From NCBI GenBank assembly GCA_030867685.1, contig JAQOWU010000001.1:372001-436000 (forward strand): a DNA stretch of 64,000 nt, read 5' to 3'. Positions within the stretch are counted from its first letter, which is position 1. Every line of letters begins with the position of its first letter. Position numbers and translations under genes: made by a program. The notes below the pieces were generated by a model. It did no database searches. It had not been told where the DNA came from and saw nothing but the letters and a program-made list of their open reading frames with translations. This document shows positions 38,735 through 50,129 of the stretch, one piece after another. The DNA is from Wickerhamiella versatilis. Lineage: Eukaryota.

Positions 38735-40297
38735 ATGTGTCCATACAGTGAGTTTTTTGGGAAGCCTCGCCCTACATCGTCGGACTTTCCTACGGTATCT
38801 AGCAAGAATACAAGCTCATCGAAGCAGATTGGCAAGCCTGTGATTGACGACTTTGAGGTAATCGACACCATGAGTCGAACCTCCGCTAAGCGCAACAAGT
38901 ATGATCCTAAGATCAGTGCAGATGGTTATGCCGATAAATACCTTGAATTCACGGATACTGCCCCCACAGTTTTCCATGCGGTTGCTTTTCTCGCCCGGGA
39001 CCTTGAGGCAGCCGGGTTTAAATACTTATCTGAGCGGGAGCCCTGGGATGATGCCCTCTCTGACACGAACGCCACGCGTTTCTACACTTTGCGCAATGGT
39101 ACTGCCATTGCTGCATTCGTGCGGGGACGCAATTGGAAGCCAAGCAACGGGATGGCTATTATCGGTACCCACACTGATTCTCTGACCCTGGTTGTTAAGC
39201 CCACGAGTCTACACCAGAGTATCGATGGGTTCGAAATTCTAGGTGTTGCCCCATACTCAGGGGCCCTGAGCTCCGTCTGGTGGGATCGTGACTTGGGCGT
39301 TGGTGGCCGAATCATTGTCCGCGACGGCAAGCGTATTACGTCCAAGCTCGTGCGTATCCCGTACCCGATAGCCCGAATCTCAACTCTGGCCCCACATTTC
39401 GGCACTCCTGCACAGGGACCCTTCAACAAGGAAACCCAGGCCCTTGTCGTCATTGGGCAAACCCCCGAAAAACCGCTTGAGCCCACCCCCGAGGAATCAA
39501 AGAGCCCATTGGTATCTAAGCACTCATTGAGATTCCTTCGTGCCTTGTCGGAGCACAGCGGCATCCCTATAAGCGATATGCTCGAGCTTGAGCTGCATGT
39601 TTACGACACGCAGCCAGCGTCGATCGGCGGTCTCGATAAGGAGTTTATATATGCCCCACGTATCGATGACAAGGCATGCACCTATTCCGCGGTTTATGGC
39701 ATAATTGAGGCGGCAGATACACTAGACAACAGTGACACCTTGAGTGTTATGGCAGGTTACGATTCTGAGGAAGTCGGATCTCTTAGCCGTACTGGTGCAC
39801 GCGGAAATCTGCTCGAGGCAAGCATCGATCGCATTCTGGGTGATATCCCTGAGTCCGACAAGACTGTATTTTATGCCAACTCGTTCTTCCTCAGCGCCGA
39901 CGTGACACACGCAGTAAATCCTGGCTTCACTAATGTCTACCTTGACAACCACAAGCCAAAACTGAATAAGGGAATCACGCTGAGTCTCGACCCCAACATA
40001 AACATGATCACTGAATCTGTGTCGTCAACTCTCACGTACGAGGTAGCGCGTCGTACAGGAGATACCATCCAGCAGTTCCAGATCCGTAATGACTCCCGAT
40101 CCGGTGGTACCATTGGCCCCGCCCTGTCATCAAAAACAGGCATCAAAGGTGTGGATATTGGTATTGCCCAGCTCTCAATGCACAGTATAAGAGCCGCTAT
40201 GGGATCTAAGGATCCATGGCTAGCCATTCGGTTTTTCAAGAACTTCTATGAGAACTGGAAGCAAGTCGATCTTGAGTTCAAATTGGGTGACCTGTAG
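38735..40297 (+). CDS. APE1: Vacuolar aminopeptidase I (M18 family) with N-terminal propeptide
   Basis: PTVFHAV, GTHTDS, WWDRDLG, STLAPHFG (Ape1-type), RIDDK, EEVGS, GGTIGP, QLSMHSIR. Confidence 0.88.
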   Translation: MCPYSEFFGKPRPTSSDFPTVSSKNTSSSKQIGKPVIDDFEVIDTMSRTSAKRNKYDPKISADGYADKYLEFTDTAPTVFHAVAFLARDLEAAGFKYLSEREPWDDALSDTNATRFYTLRNGTAIAAFVRGRNWKPSNGMAIIGTHTDSLTLVVKPTSLHQSIDGFEILGVAPYSGALSSVWWDRDLGVGGRIIVRDGKRITSKLVRIPYPIARISTLAPHFGTPAQGPFNKETQALVVIGQTPEKPLEPTPEESKSPLVSKHSLRFLRALSEHSGIPISDMLELELHVYDTQPASIGGLDKEFIYAPRIDDKACTYSAVYGIIEAADTLDNSDTLSVMAGYDSEEVGSLSRTGARGNLLEASIDRILGDIPESDKTVFYANSFFLSADVTHAVNPGFTNVYLDNHKPKLNKGITLSLDPNINMITESVSSTLTYEVARRTGDTIQQFQIRNDSRSGGTIGPALSSKTGIKGVDIGIAQLSMHSIRAAMGSKDPWLAIRFFKNFYENWKQVDLEFKLGDL

Positions 40298-40416
40298 GCA
40301 ATGTATAGTTGTAATAAAATTCTGAAAGCGCTTCAAAATTATAATCAATTAGGTCCTCTCTTCTATATAAATTTTAAAAAAATAAAAAGGACCTCTCTAT
40401 AGTCCATCAAAAAAAA

Positions 40417-40490
40417 CGGTCCAGGAGAGGATTGAACTCTCGACCTCATGATTAACAGTCATGCGCTCTAACCAGCTGAGCTACCAGACC
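40417..40490 (-). tRNA. tRNA-Asn (anticodon GTT)
   Basis: Reverse complement reads GGTCTGG-TAGCTCAGCTGGTTAGAGC-G-CATGA-CTGTTAA-TCATG-AGGTC-GAGAG-TTCAATC-CTCTC-CTGGACC-G, followed immediately by a T8 terminator. Confidence 0.96.
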
Positions 40491-40665
40491 GGAAGGGTTG
40501 ATGTCAAGCGGGATACTTAACTATATATGTCTAATATTGCCACTAAATCTCGTCCAATCTGCCAGCACTCTTATATGAACTTGAACTGCTTCGAAAATAG
40601 TGAAATAGGATATAATTAACTATATAGCGCATCGACTTCAGTATGAGCTAATCAGCCGCCTAAGC

Positions 40666-42810
40666 ATGCTATTGCCCCAGCTCCGGCGAGCGTACCGGGT
40701 TGCTTCGTCTACCGGGATAGGCGGAGAGATTTTGCCCCGTGGCCACGAAATTCTTACCTATTACAGCCATGTAGCGCCTCAGATAGCTATCTTTGGTAAG
40801 TTACTGCCAAAGTGGCTTCTGAAGCGACCATATGACAGACTTGCTACCAGATTGCAGAAGCTTGAAAAAGACGGTGTCACCGTGGCTTGTGTGCTTCCAA
40901 AAATTGCCGATGGCGGCATGTTTGTCAAATATGCTGTAGGTCCGACTAGCACCACGGATAAGGTTTGGCCCTTGATCAAGAACAGCACCTCCAGATCAGG
41001 AAAAGTCTTCAAAGTTCTTGGCACGCCATGGATTGACGATATACCTCGTATGCCTAGTTCCTGCCTCAGGGTTGATTCTGGAAATGCATCGATAGATGCC
41101 GAAGAATTGTATCGGATCCTCAGACCGTACGGCCAGATTAGAGATATCGAGGGCTCAAAAGTTGAATTCAGAAGACCGAGGGATGCCGCTGCTGCTCGAA
41201 GTTGTGTTTATGGCGTCAAGATAGGGAATTCTAAACTCAGATTAATCGATATTCCTGATACGCGGCATTCTCGTGTTTGGAGTTGGATTATTTCTCATCC
41301 GCGCTTTATCATCCCAGTATTGCTAGCTTTCCTATTCACAACTGTTTTCCTCATTTTTGAGCCCATTCGGCGCTTATGTGTCACAGCACGTATGAAAGGA
41401 ACCCTTGAACCGGCTAACTACGCCTGGATCCGATCCTTCCTGCCCTCTGCGAAACGTATTGTTATCCCGAGTGCACAGGTAGAGGAAGGGGTTGAGCAAT
41501 TGACCCGATTCCTGAAGGAAGGTACCCCAACATTTGTTGTAGTGACGGGGCCTCGTGGAAGCGGCAAATCCAAGTTGGTGAATGAATCCTTGCATGGCGA
41601 GCCAGTATTGCGCCTCGATGCAGAGTTATTAGAATCTGCAAAAACGGATGCCGAAATGCTTGCTCGACTAGCAAGTATGCTCAACTATCGTCCATCATTT
41701 TTGTGGTTGAAGGGACTGACTCAGTTTGTCGACTTGGGGATACAGTCTCTTACGGCTGGACAGGTCAACGCTTCGGTTTCAGAAACCACTGATGAGCAAG
41801 CTAGGCGTATGCTTGCGACAGCCGCTGCGGCTATAAAGTCTGTTGCTGTGTCTAACAAGTCCGCTGAAACTAGAGAGATGGACTATCTTGCACAATACCC
41901 CGAAGCCAAACCGGTGGTGATCATCACACATTACGGCAGGGGACCGTCTTCGCATCTCTTGGCTGAGTGGGCGGCTGGACTAACTCAGTCGAATTTGGCT
42001 CGTACCGTTTTCGTGACAAATGACGTCTCTTATGATAAGACCCTGGCTGAACTTTTACCTGATCGCCTCTTCAAAACTGTGACTGTCGATGATGCTCCAA
42101 TTGATACTGCAGCTGACTACGTGCACTCTATTACAGGACTTAATGTAGACAATTCCTTCTTATTGCCATTTGGGGGCCGGTTATCTGACCTGCAACTATT
42201 CTCCCGCCGATTGCTTGTTGGTGAACCACCAGAAAAGGCACTTCAAGAACTCATTCATCAGGTATCTCTCGAAATTAGCCAGCGATATCTATTTCACACC
42301 AGCATAGGGCCTGATGGCGAGGAATGGTCACCAGAACAGGCCTGGTCAATTCTGAGAAAGCTGGCATCCCAGAAGAGTGACTCTGAATGGATTGCTGTCC
42401 CGGGACAACTTCCAAAATTGGTCACTCCATCAGCCCTTGAGCATCTGGAATCCCGCGAAATGATCATGGGACGCACGTCAGGTGGTCGTCTGACCGCGGT
42501 GAAGTCGGGGTCTCCCCTTTATTGGCATGCATTCAGGAAGCTCACACAAGATCCCGTGATCAGTTCAATCATGGACTACAAAGTGCTGCAACTAAGCATC
42601 TCGAAGGCACAAGCAACGGTCCGTGAATATGAGAACGAGCTCCGCATCCTCGCGGAATTACCTCGTCGTTACGAGACTACTTCGCGCCAGGACTATCTTG
42701 CCAAAAAATTATATGATCAGCAGACTCTGATAAATGAGTGGGAGGCACAAAATAGTAAATTAGAATCGACACTCGCCAAATGTGATGTTGGGAATGAAGC
42801 ATCTACGTAA
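40666..42810 (+). CDS. YME2: Mitochondrial escape protein 2 (RRM + TM + P-loop)
   Basis: DGGMFVKY, GTPWIDD, ELYRILRPYGQI, WIISHPRFIIP, GPRGSGKS, FGGRLSDL. Confidence 0.9.
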   Translation: MLLPQLRRAYRVASSTGIGGEILPRGHEILTYYSHVAPQIAIFGKLLPKWLLKRPYDRLATRLQKLEKDGVTVACVLPKIADGGMFVKYAVGPTSTTDKVWPLIKNSTSRSGKVFKVLGTPWIDDIPRMPSSCLRVDSGNASIDAEELYRILRPYGQIRDIEGSKVEFRRPRDAAAARSCVYGVKIGNSKLRLIDIPDTRHSRVWSWIISHPRFIIPVLLAFLFTTVFLIFEPIRRLCVTARMKGTLEPANYAWIRSFLPSAKRIVIPSAQVEEGVEQLTRFLKEGTPTFVVVTGPRGSGKSKLVNESLHGEPVLRLDAELLESAKTDAEMLARLASMLNYRPSFLWLKGLTQFVDLGIQSLTAGQVNASVSETTDEQARRMLATAAAAIKSVAVSNKSAETREMDYLAQYPEAKPVVIITHYGRGPSSHLLAEWAAGLTQSNLARTVFVTNDVSYDKTLAELLPDRLFKTVTVDDAPIDTAADYVHSITGLNVDNSFLLPFGGRLSDLQLFSRRLLVGEPPEKALQELIHQVSLEISQRYLFHTSIGPDGEEWSPEQAWSILRKLASQKSDSEWIAVPGQLPKLVTPSALEHLESREMIMGRTSGGRLTAVKSGSPLYWHAFRKLTQDPVISSIMDYKVLQLSISKAQATVREYENELRILAELPRRYETTSRQDYLAKKLYDQQTLINEWEAQNSKLESTLAKCDVGNEAST

Positions 42811-42913
42811 ATTTAGGATAAATGTTAGTATACGTCAAATTACAAAGCGAAGATAATACTGTCGCGAGCTTTAATCTAAATATTGTCTCTTTTACTTCGG
42901 TCATAACTCATTA

Positions 42914-44038
42914 CTACTTTCCACCTGATACTAACTCACCAAGCCGGTACGCCATCTGATCCCTAATTAGTGGCATGTCATTTTGGTTGAAATCAAAATT
43001 TTGGCAAGTTGCAAGACACTTTACAGCTTGGCAAACAAACACCCCACAATCACTGCCATTTTTTTGCCGAGGACCTTCGATACTATCTTGCTTAGAATAT
43101 TTTGGGCACATCTTTCCGTGACTTTCGGCCTCACTGACCAGGTACTGCTCCAACTCGTCAAGAAAGCGTCTTCCCCTACCACCCATAGAGTCATAAAACT
43201 TCAAACACTTCTCTTTGTTGTCAACTATCGCCAAAGTCCAATGCATGTTCCCCTGGTTCACTGGAATGAACACCATGTCTTTGGCAAACACGTCAACTTG
43301 TTTACGGCGTGCCCAGCGCTTAACACCATTATATCCCTTTTCCTCCAGTTGTGTGAAAAAATGCGTTGTGAATGCAAATGTTGATGGGAACTCAGCACTG
43401 ATATCGGCCAGGTACGCATCTATTACATTATCATTAAGCCAACTCCGAGGTTTGAGTGTTCTGAGGTCGTCCTTAGACAACTCTATGCGGGTAAAAGTAC
43501 CCAAGATTTCTCCTCCTGGACCTTGCTGCCAGATTGATAATTGCTTTTTCTTATCATCAGACAATGGCTCTACATATGGTTTTCGTTGAGGCACTTTACG
43601 CCTTTCCTGACCAAGCTTCCATTCGCGGAATCGCCTAAGAAGATCTTCTTCCTGTGCTCGATATTTTTTTGGCGCTTCTGATCTCGTATCCTGCAGTTTG
43701 GGCTTGGGCGAGGATTCAGCAGCGACCGGATATGGCTTTTTCGGAGAACATGACGATGAAGAGTAACGCTGCCGTGGTAAGCTCGAACTTTGCCAACGAC
43801 TCGAGGAGATTCTCTTCAATGATGTCGAGTTTGGCACCGTGCGTGGGCCGAGGGCTGTCGCGCTGAACCGTGAGGGAAATGTTCGCGAAGGTGCAGCCGA
43901 AAAGTTGTGAGGGACAATAGGACTCAAACGTCCTTGTTTTGCCTCCCTCATACGCGAGCTCAGCATAGCACCCAGCGAAAATGGTCGTGGAATCTCTCGA
44001 TTCTCATAATTTAAGGGACCAGACACGCTGGGTGGCAT
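42914..44038 (-). CDS. ULP1: SUMO protease Ulp1 (C48 family)
   Basis: WLNDNVID, GVKRWARR, HW, FYDSM, QKNGSDCGVF catalytic motifs; short N-terminal region. Confidence 0.9.
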   Translation of the reverse strand: MPPSVSGPLNYENREIPRPFSLGAMLSSRMREAKQGRLSPIVPHNFSAAPSRTFPSRFSATALGPRTVPNSTSLKRISSSRWQSSSLPRQRYSSSSCSPKKPYPVAAESSPKPKLQDTRSEAPKKYRAQEEDLLRRFREWKLGQERRKVPQRKPYVEPLSDDKKKQLSIWQQGPGGEILGTFTRIELSKDDLRTLKPRSWLNDNVIDAYLADISAEFPSTFAFTTHFFTQLEEKGYNGVKRWARRKQVDVFAKDMVFIPVNQGNMHWTLAIVDNKEKCLKFYDSMGGRGRRFLDELEQYLVSEAESHGKMCPKYSKQDSIEGPRQKNGSDCGVFVCQAVKCLATCQNFDFNQNDMPLIRDQMAYRLGELVSGGK

Positions 44039-44406
44039 GGCATAAAGTTTGTAAGCTGGTCTTTCTGGTCAAAAAAGCAGTGCTCCAAGGTCAACCACGA
44101 ATAATAATGATAATGGAAAGGAATTAAAGCATTGTTCACGGGAAAGATAAGGCCAGTTAAAAAGTCATCATTTTGGATTAGGAATTATTGCAGCATGCTC
44201 TCCAAATCCGATATGGATGAACCACGATGCGAGGTTGGAATAATTGTGAACGTCAATAGTATTAGTCTTTAGAATAAAAGAAAAAATTACAATGGCTCTA
44301 AGGATATCTGCCTACAGATTCATTTATATCCGAATAAATACAGGGAAGCGCTGCCGTCGGTTATTATTTGACCACACGCGTCACCTTATATAATGGTCAA
44401 TATGAC

Positions 44407-45987
44407 ATGGACTGGCGAGACAGCTATTTAACATGGCTTGAGGAAGCGCTTAGTGCCCTACCAGATAGAGGTAATTCAAGGTACAAACAGCAAGCTTATC
44501 AGCGCTGCATTGAATCACTAAAAGAATCGAATATGGTCATACGTGACCCTGCTGATCTTCACGAGCTGAAATATTTTGGTGAGAAGACAGTGGCTATGCT
44601 TTCCAAAAAAACTCGTCAGCGATGCGTTGCGGAACAAATTGAGCTGCCTGAATCTTTGAAGGTCCATGACGAGCCACCCAGTACAACTAGAAATACGACC
44701 AGGGAAGAGACACCACAAGCACCAAAACGCCAGAGAAAGTACGTACCAAAGTATAACTCTACTGCTTATCATGTAATTGTGGGAATGCGGATATACGAGC
44801 TCCAGGATGCCAGTGGCCAAGGATTGGGTCGCACGGAAATGGCTCGTATTCTCCGTCCTCGCCTTAGTAGGGTCGTCGATGGAAGCTTCGGCAAGCAACA
44901 GCCTAGTCTTACCCCGGCGCTATCAATTCTCCAAAAAAAGGAACTCGTATCAAGCTTTGGTGGACGCTATCATCTCGAGGAAGCAGGGCGTGAAATCGCA
45001 GATAGCCTTTTACGGGTAGAGAACCAGCAAGAAGGACGGGCTCAATCTCAACCTTCTGATAGCTTACCTTTGCACCAACCTGAATTAGTACCAAGGGATT
45101 CCTTTAATGAAGAAATGTGGCAGCCAGGGTCATTTTCCGTCAAGTTACTACTGGATACCCGCGAGTTACCTAGTCAGGCTAACCGTTCTGGCTTCGCTGA
45201 TGCTCTTACAGATCGTCAAGTACCATTAGATGTGGTGCCATTATCAGTTGGAGATGCTGTGTGGGTAGCGGAGCACCGGGTAACCCATCGTCGCGCCGTT
45301 TTAGATTTTGTAGTGGAGCGGAAAAACCTCAACGATCTAGTTGCCTCCATCATTGATGGTCGATTTGTCGAGCAAAAGCAACGCCTCCTACGGTCGACCC
45401 TTCAGAATGTGGTATATCTTGTGGAAAATCAGGGACTAACTCCTGAGCACTTGGCACAACATGAAAGCCGGATCCAGACTGCTATGTCTCAAACACTTGT
45501 GGTTAACCGGTTCCACATCAAGATCACAGCGAATCAAAACGATACTGTCCTTTATCTTGCACAAATGACTTCAGAAGTGGCTGCAGTGTACGAGGAATGC
45601 AATGAACCACTTCGGGTCCTTGTGCCTAATACGGAGACTTTCACCCGGTCAATGGAACAAGCGCGGCTGAAGAATAACGGGTTAGTCGCCATTGACTATG
45701 ACTCTTTTCATGATGGCATGCATAAATCGAAGATGAAAACTGTTGGGGATCTCTTCAGAACAATGCTTCAGACTGTGAAAGGCATTTCTGCAGAAAAGGC
45801 AGCATTGATACAACGTATCTATCCTACCCTAACAGCTTTACAAGATGCTTATGAGCAATTGCCCTCTGAAGAAGATCGCTGCGAAATGCTCACACGTGCC
45901 ACAGAGACGCAAATAGCTCGCAGGTCCATTCGCCCTGACATATCGGAGCTGGTTTACAACGTGTGGGGAAAACGGCATTTTGACTGA
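44407..45987 (+). CDS. MUS81: Structure-specific endonuclease Mus81
   Basis: N-terminal HhH (LKYFGEKT), winged helix, LDTRE, GDAVW, VERKNLNDLVASIIDGRFVEQK, C-terminal HhH (VKGISAEKA). First ATG is 44407. Confidence 0.93.
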   Translation: MDWRDSYLTWLEEALSALPDRGNSRYKQQAYQRCIESLKESNMVIRDPADLHELKYFGEKTVAMLSKKTRQRCVAEQIELPESLKVHDEPPSTTRNTTREETPQAPKRQRKYVPKYNSTAYHVIVGMRIYELQDASGQGLGRTEMARILRPRLSRVVDGSFGKQQPSLTPALSILQKKELVSSFGGRYHLEEAGREIADSLLRVENQQEGRAQSQPSDSLPLHQPELVPRDSFNEEMWQPGSFSVKLLLDTRELPSQANRSGFADALTDRQVPLDVVPLSVGDAVWVAEHRVTHRRAVLDFVVERKNLNDLVASIIDGRFVEQKQRLLRSTLQNVVYLVENQGLTPEHLAQHESRIQTAMSQTLVVNRFHIKITANQNDTVLYLAQMTSEVAAVYEECNEPLRVLVPNTETFTRSMEQARLKNNGLVAIDYDSFHDGMHKSKMKTVGDLFRTMLQTVKGISAEKAALIQRIYPTLTALQDAYEQLPSEEDRCEMLTRATETQIARRSIRPDISELVYNVWGKRHFD

Positions 45988-46142
45988 TGATGATGGTGAT
46001 AATGAAATCTTTTTTCACAATTTATTTTTTTTGGAGGTTTTTAGGACCAAATTGCATATACTTAGAATCGCCTAATTCTCAATTACTTAGGATTTGCAGC
46101 CATCGCACTCTGAGCTGCTTCATTGTATTAGTAATCTTTCAA

Positions 46143-46955
46143 ATGCCTCGCATCTCGCGGATATCTGGTAAAACAGGCTATCTCCCAAGACCGCGGCAAG
46201 TTGTGCCACAGGTGAAAGCTAGGTATGAGCAGATTGCTGAGTCTAAAATTCCCACGGGTTTTCAGGACCCTGACATGGTACCTAAGGGTTCCTCGGCAAA
46301 TCCGCCTGGCAGATCGGTCCCCAGCGTGAAAGAACGTATAGCCAACAGTTCTAAAGCACCTGCTAAGGCGAGACCGTCAAAATCTGATAGTCAAATATGG
46401 AAGAATCATATATCTGATGTTCGGAGGGCATATTTCAGAGACACCCTACAGGCGTATGAAAAACAAGAACATCGCAATGCTGAAAAGCGCCAAAGGAAGC
46501 ATGAACGCCAAGGTGCTGCATCTCATCGTATGCTTGATCTTCCTGATTCGCATGCAGAACTCTTCACTATGCCCTCTATAGAATCATCGTTGCTCCAGCC
46601 TATTGTCCCACGCACCGCAGAGGAAACTGCTGAATTGAAAGCAAAGCGACAATACAACCGTAAGCTCACAGAGTTCCAGCAACGTGCTAATCGTGATGAA
46701 CTACTTTTAAGACTATATCACTCCACAAAGAGTTTTATTGTTACAGAAAACGAGCTTGAGGACGCTGTAATTCGGACCTTTGATTCGTCATCTGGCCAGA
46801 TGCCAGTCAGTCCACCAGGCCTGGACATGAGTGAAGACCGGGCCAGGCTTCAATCTGCATCTAGTGGTAGAGAGGCACTAGCAGATGCCCTTATGGGCAC
46901 TGTCGGTGAAGATCCCGGCCTAGGAGAAGTTGAAGACGCGCTTAATAAGAGGTGA
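46143..46955 (+). CDS. PET123: Mitochondrial ribosomal small-subunit protein Pet123 (mS26)
   Basis: GKTGYLPRPRQV start, RRAYFRDTL, LFTMPSIESSL, LLRLYHSTKSFIVTENEL resemble fungal Pet123. Confidence 0.7.
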   Translation: MPRISRISGKTGYLPRPRQVVPQVKARYEQIAESKIPTGFQDPDMVPKGSSANPPGRSVPSVKERIANSSKAPAKARPSKSDSQIWKNHISDVRRAYFRDTLQAYEKQEHRNAEKRQRKHERQGAASHRMLDLPDSHAELFTMPSIESSLLQPIVPRTAEETAELKAKRQYNRKLTEFQQRANRDELLLRLYHSTKSFIVTENELEDAVIRTFDSSSGQMPVSPPGLDMSEDRARLQSASSGREALADALMGTVGEDPGLGEVEDALNKR

Positions 46956-47006
46956 TTGATTCAGGATCCCTGATCCCTCACCTTTCTGGTCTGGGCCAAA
47001 CTCACC

Positions 47007-48326
47007 ATGTGGCAGCCCCTGGCGGTTACCGCTGGACAGGCACCAATACTTCTCGAAGGGGAGCAGATCAATCGAATACAAGATGGTGTGGCGCTCTACA
47101 GGCCTCCGCAAACGAGCCCGTTACCAAATTATCTTAAGGGTACCGCATATGTAACCACTCAACGACTCTGCTACGTTAACTCGGAAAACGTACTCCTTAG
47201 TGCATTTTGTTATCTTGAAAGCATTGAAAAACATCGCTTTATAGCTAAGTTCTTACGCCAGAGTTCTAAAATTGCTCTGAAACTTCGACGTCTCCCTCGT
47301 TATGCGCCTTGGGTGTGTGAAATATGCAGTTACGCCAATCAGCCTGAGTCTGAGGAGTGTGTGAACTGTGGAGTTCGTCCTGAGGAGCGTAAGCTTGTAG
47401 ATATCGATACCAAGTCCCCTGTTTGTCCAATATGTACGTTCGAGAATCACTCAGCACTTTCTAGCTGCGAGATGTGTGGTGCTTCTCTAGGAGAAAGTGC
47501 TGTCGAGGATCTTGGCTCAGAAACAATTTTGAGTTTTCGAGAAGGAGGGGGGACTGCTTTCTTAGCATCTCTTGAGGCGGCTGTGCGTCATACGCAATTG
47601 GCAGAAACTGAAGTTGATTCCTCTGGGGTCACTTCGAAGCCCAATACGTCGCAAAGCTTCCTAACACCTGGAATTTTAAGGCTCCAACTGGATCGCGAGG
47701 CAGAATTACGAGAAAATGCTGAAGTGCTCGACTCTGCATTCGCTGACTTGGAGACATTGCGTCGTCGTGCCTCGGAAGTGATAGCATTTGCACAGGCTAA
47801 TGGGCTAACAGGTAATTCCTTGGGATTGGTTGCGCCCACAACAAAGGATATGGTCGGGGACGAACTTGCTTTTCATCAGCAGCTCGCCCGAGAGGTGGCG
47901 TCGTTTCTAGACGATGTTTTGGAAAAAGCAGGAGGAATTATGACATTGCATGACGTCTACGCTCAGTATAATCGAGCGAGAGGAATTGAGCTTATTTCTC
48001 CAGGTGACTTAGCCCGTGCTCTTTCATTATGCGACAATTTGGAATTACCGGTTACGGTGCGTGTACTGAAGAGTGGGCTTCGTGTGGTTGAATATCGTCG
48101 AAACCGAACGTTGAGTAAACTGGTGGCTTGGATCATGAATCTAGAGGAGTGGCATAAAGCTGCAGGCGTGAGTGCACAAGAAGCCAGTGCCCACTTTGGG
48201 TGGTCTGTCACAGTGTCTGCTGAAGAATTGGCTAGAGCCGAAGCAGCAGGTGATCTTTGCCGTGACGAACACATATCAGGAATACGTTTCTTCCCCAACC
48301 TTCTTGTGGAACAGGGATGTACATAA
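47007..48326 (+). CDS. VPS36: ESCRT-II subunit Vps36
   Basis: Split GLUE domain (TTQRLCY, SSKI, LSFREGG) with two NZF fingers (WVCEIC..CVNCG; CPICTFENH..CEMCG), AFADLETL, YNRARGIELISP. Confidence 0.93.
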   Translation: MWQPLAVTAGQAPILLEGEQINRIQDGVALYRPPQTSPLPNYLKGTAYVTTQRLCYVNSENVLLSAFCYLESIEKHRFIAKFLRQSSKIALKLRRLPRYAPWVCEICSYANQPESEECVNCGVRPEERKLVDIDTKSPVCPICTFENHSALSSCEMCGASLGESAVEDLGSETILSFREGGGTAFLASLEAAVRHTQLAETEVDSSGVTSKPNTSQSFLTPGILRLQLDREAELRENAEVLDSAFADLETLRRRASEVIAFAQANGLTGNSLGLVAPTTKDMVGDELAFHQQLAREVASFLDDVLEKAGGIMTLHDVYAQYNRARGIELISPGDLARALSLCDNLELPVTVRVLKSGLRVVEYRRNRTLSKLVAWIMNLEEWHKAAGVSAQEASAHFGWSVTVSAEELARAEAAGDLCRDEHISGIRFFPNLLVEQGCT

Positions 48327-48437
48327 TGTTCTATAATGTAAATTAGTTGACTCTTCAACTAGTGTGTAGAATTTTGCTCTAAAATGGGACTTATACACAA
48401 TGCTAATTCAATTCTTGCTAAATATATATACTATAAT

Positions 48438-49583
48438 TTACTTCTGAGGGGCGATATCAGGGACATTCTGATGGCTCAACACGGGTGGGGCCTGCCCCAG
48501 GTTGAGGAGACTTGGCACTTGTGGCGTCTTACGGGGTTGTGGAGGGTCACTGTGTTCTGGTGAACTACGGCCAGAAGGCGGGGCATCAGGAAGCTGTCTA
48601 ATCTTGCGCAGAATGAACTCTCGCTCATCATTGAAGATGTCATCATCTTTGCGATCCGCACCACCCTGCAGCTTTTCCAGCACGTCAAGAAGCTTGCCTT
48701 TATTGCGGGCGAGGATTCCATATATCTTTGGTGATTTCTTAGGATTCACAACGAACAGTTTAAACAACTGAAAGGCCTCATAGTGGATGTTCTTAGACTT
48801 ATCCTTGAGAAGCCGCATAACAAGCTTCAAGTTGTCAACGTCATCTATATACCGCAGCATATAAGGATGGTTACGCTGTTGACGGATCAAGTGATACTGA
48901 AGCCTCAAGCTTTGACGCTTCGCGACATAGTTAGGACTGCGCAGCAGCCCGTTCATGCATTTCGTAAAGTAATCCCCATGCCGACTTAAAAACAACGTCG
49001 TTAGGTCGGGAAACGTCTTCAAGTAATCTTGGAATGTAGAAAAATTATCTGTGGCTAACTCGAATTCTGCAGAGTCAATGTATTGGAAAAAATACCAGAA
49101 TTGTTGGCATTCCATCACTCGTGCCACGAGAGCCTCATGTTTGGCGCAATCGCGTAAAATATTACCCACAGAGCGGAAGACATCTGGATTACCTGCCAGT
49201 CCAAGCAATAGATCCCAGGTTGCAGGCCGGCGCAAAAGATATTCCACTGTCGGTGGTCTTTTCAGCATGCATCCCCACAGTGCGCAGGCGTCCTTGCGCG
49301 CGTCAAACAATAGATCTGGCAGATGCGTAACAAGATTTAACAGGACATCTGTGGAATAAACTTCTTTTGCCATACCGGCAAATGCATCGGGTTCTATAGC
49401 ATTCCCTTCATTCGGGCTCAGAAGTTTGCGCAAATGAGCCAGCAGACGCGCTACTTCTTCCCGCGCAGTATCACGCTCCTGTGAGCTTCCCGAGCCACTG
49501 TTTAAACCAGAAAGCCATTCTTTGAGAGCATAGACTGTCTCCTGTGGTGTCTTCGGTCTGTTTTTTGCGAACAGGAAGGACAT
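48438..49583 (-). CDS. HYM1: Mo25-family scaffold Hym1
   Basis: MSFLF..RPKTP, FDARKD, NYVAKRQSLRL, NLKLVMRLLKDKSKNIHYEAFQLFKLFVVNP. Confidence 0.93.
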   Translation of the reverse strand: MSFLFAKNRPKTPQETVYALKEWLSGLNSGSGSSQERDTAREEVARLLAHLRKLLSPNEGNAIEPDAFAGMAKEVYSTDVLLNLVTHLPDLLFDARKDACALWGCMLKRPPTVEYLLRRPATWDLLLGLAGNPDVFRSVGNILRDCAKHEALVARVMECQQFWYFFQYIDSAEFELATDNFSTFQDYLKTFPDLTTLFLSRHGDYFTKCMNGLLRSPNYVAKRQSLRLQYHLIRQQRNHPYMLRYIDDVDNLKLVMRLLKDKSKNIHYEAFQLFKLFVVNPKKSPKIYGILARNKGKLLDVLEKLQGGADRKDDDIFNDEREFILRKIRQLPDAPPSGRSSPEHSDPPQPRKTPQVPSLLNLGQAPPVLSHQNVPDIAPQK

Positions 49584-50129
49584 GCCTGGCTGGCTGGCTT
49601 ACACAACACTGATTATGTAAATAAACACTTCATTATAGCTTTTATTTTATTAATTTACGTTAAAGGCAATTTGTGAGAGAGAATTACCTATTCTGGAGTA
49701 TACGCCTACAATGGATCCTCAATTGGTAAACATGTTTCAAATATAAGTAGATGGCTCTTTGTTACCTTTGATTAGGTCACTAAGATAATACAAACGATTC
49801 TTCAAACAGTAAACGCATATCGAGTTTTTTCTTCAATGTATGCATGTATAACATTAAATATGAGTAATTTCTTTATGAAGACCAGTGGCTGACAGGGCTA
49901 TCATAGGTAGGGCAGGGGTGTCTGAGATCAGTAGAACATGTGCGCAAGGAAAGGACATGCACAATTTTAGACCTATACCATCTAATGTGGCATGCCTCTT
50001 TGAGCCCCAGGTTTTCTAATATTAGAACCGCTATTCACATGCACATTTCATCACTAGAAACCAATTTATCTTCCTCGTGCGTGGTGGGACTGATGAGCTT
50101 CACTTGACTAAGTCTGAACACTGCTCGTA

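Noticed and set aside
40351..40394. Inverted repeat AGGTCCT/AGGACCT downstream of tRNA-Asn
   Set aside because: Only 7 bp around an AT-rich spacer; no transposon hallmarks.
45985..46142. TGATG stop/start overlap between MUS81 and the PET123 ORF, resembling translational coupling
   Set aside because: It arises from a TGA microsatellite. The 52 extra codons are AT-rich, intergenic-like sequence, and Pet123 similarity begins at ATG 46143.
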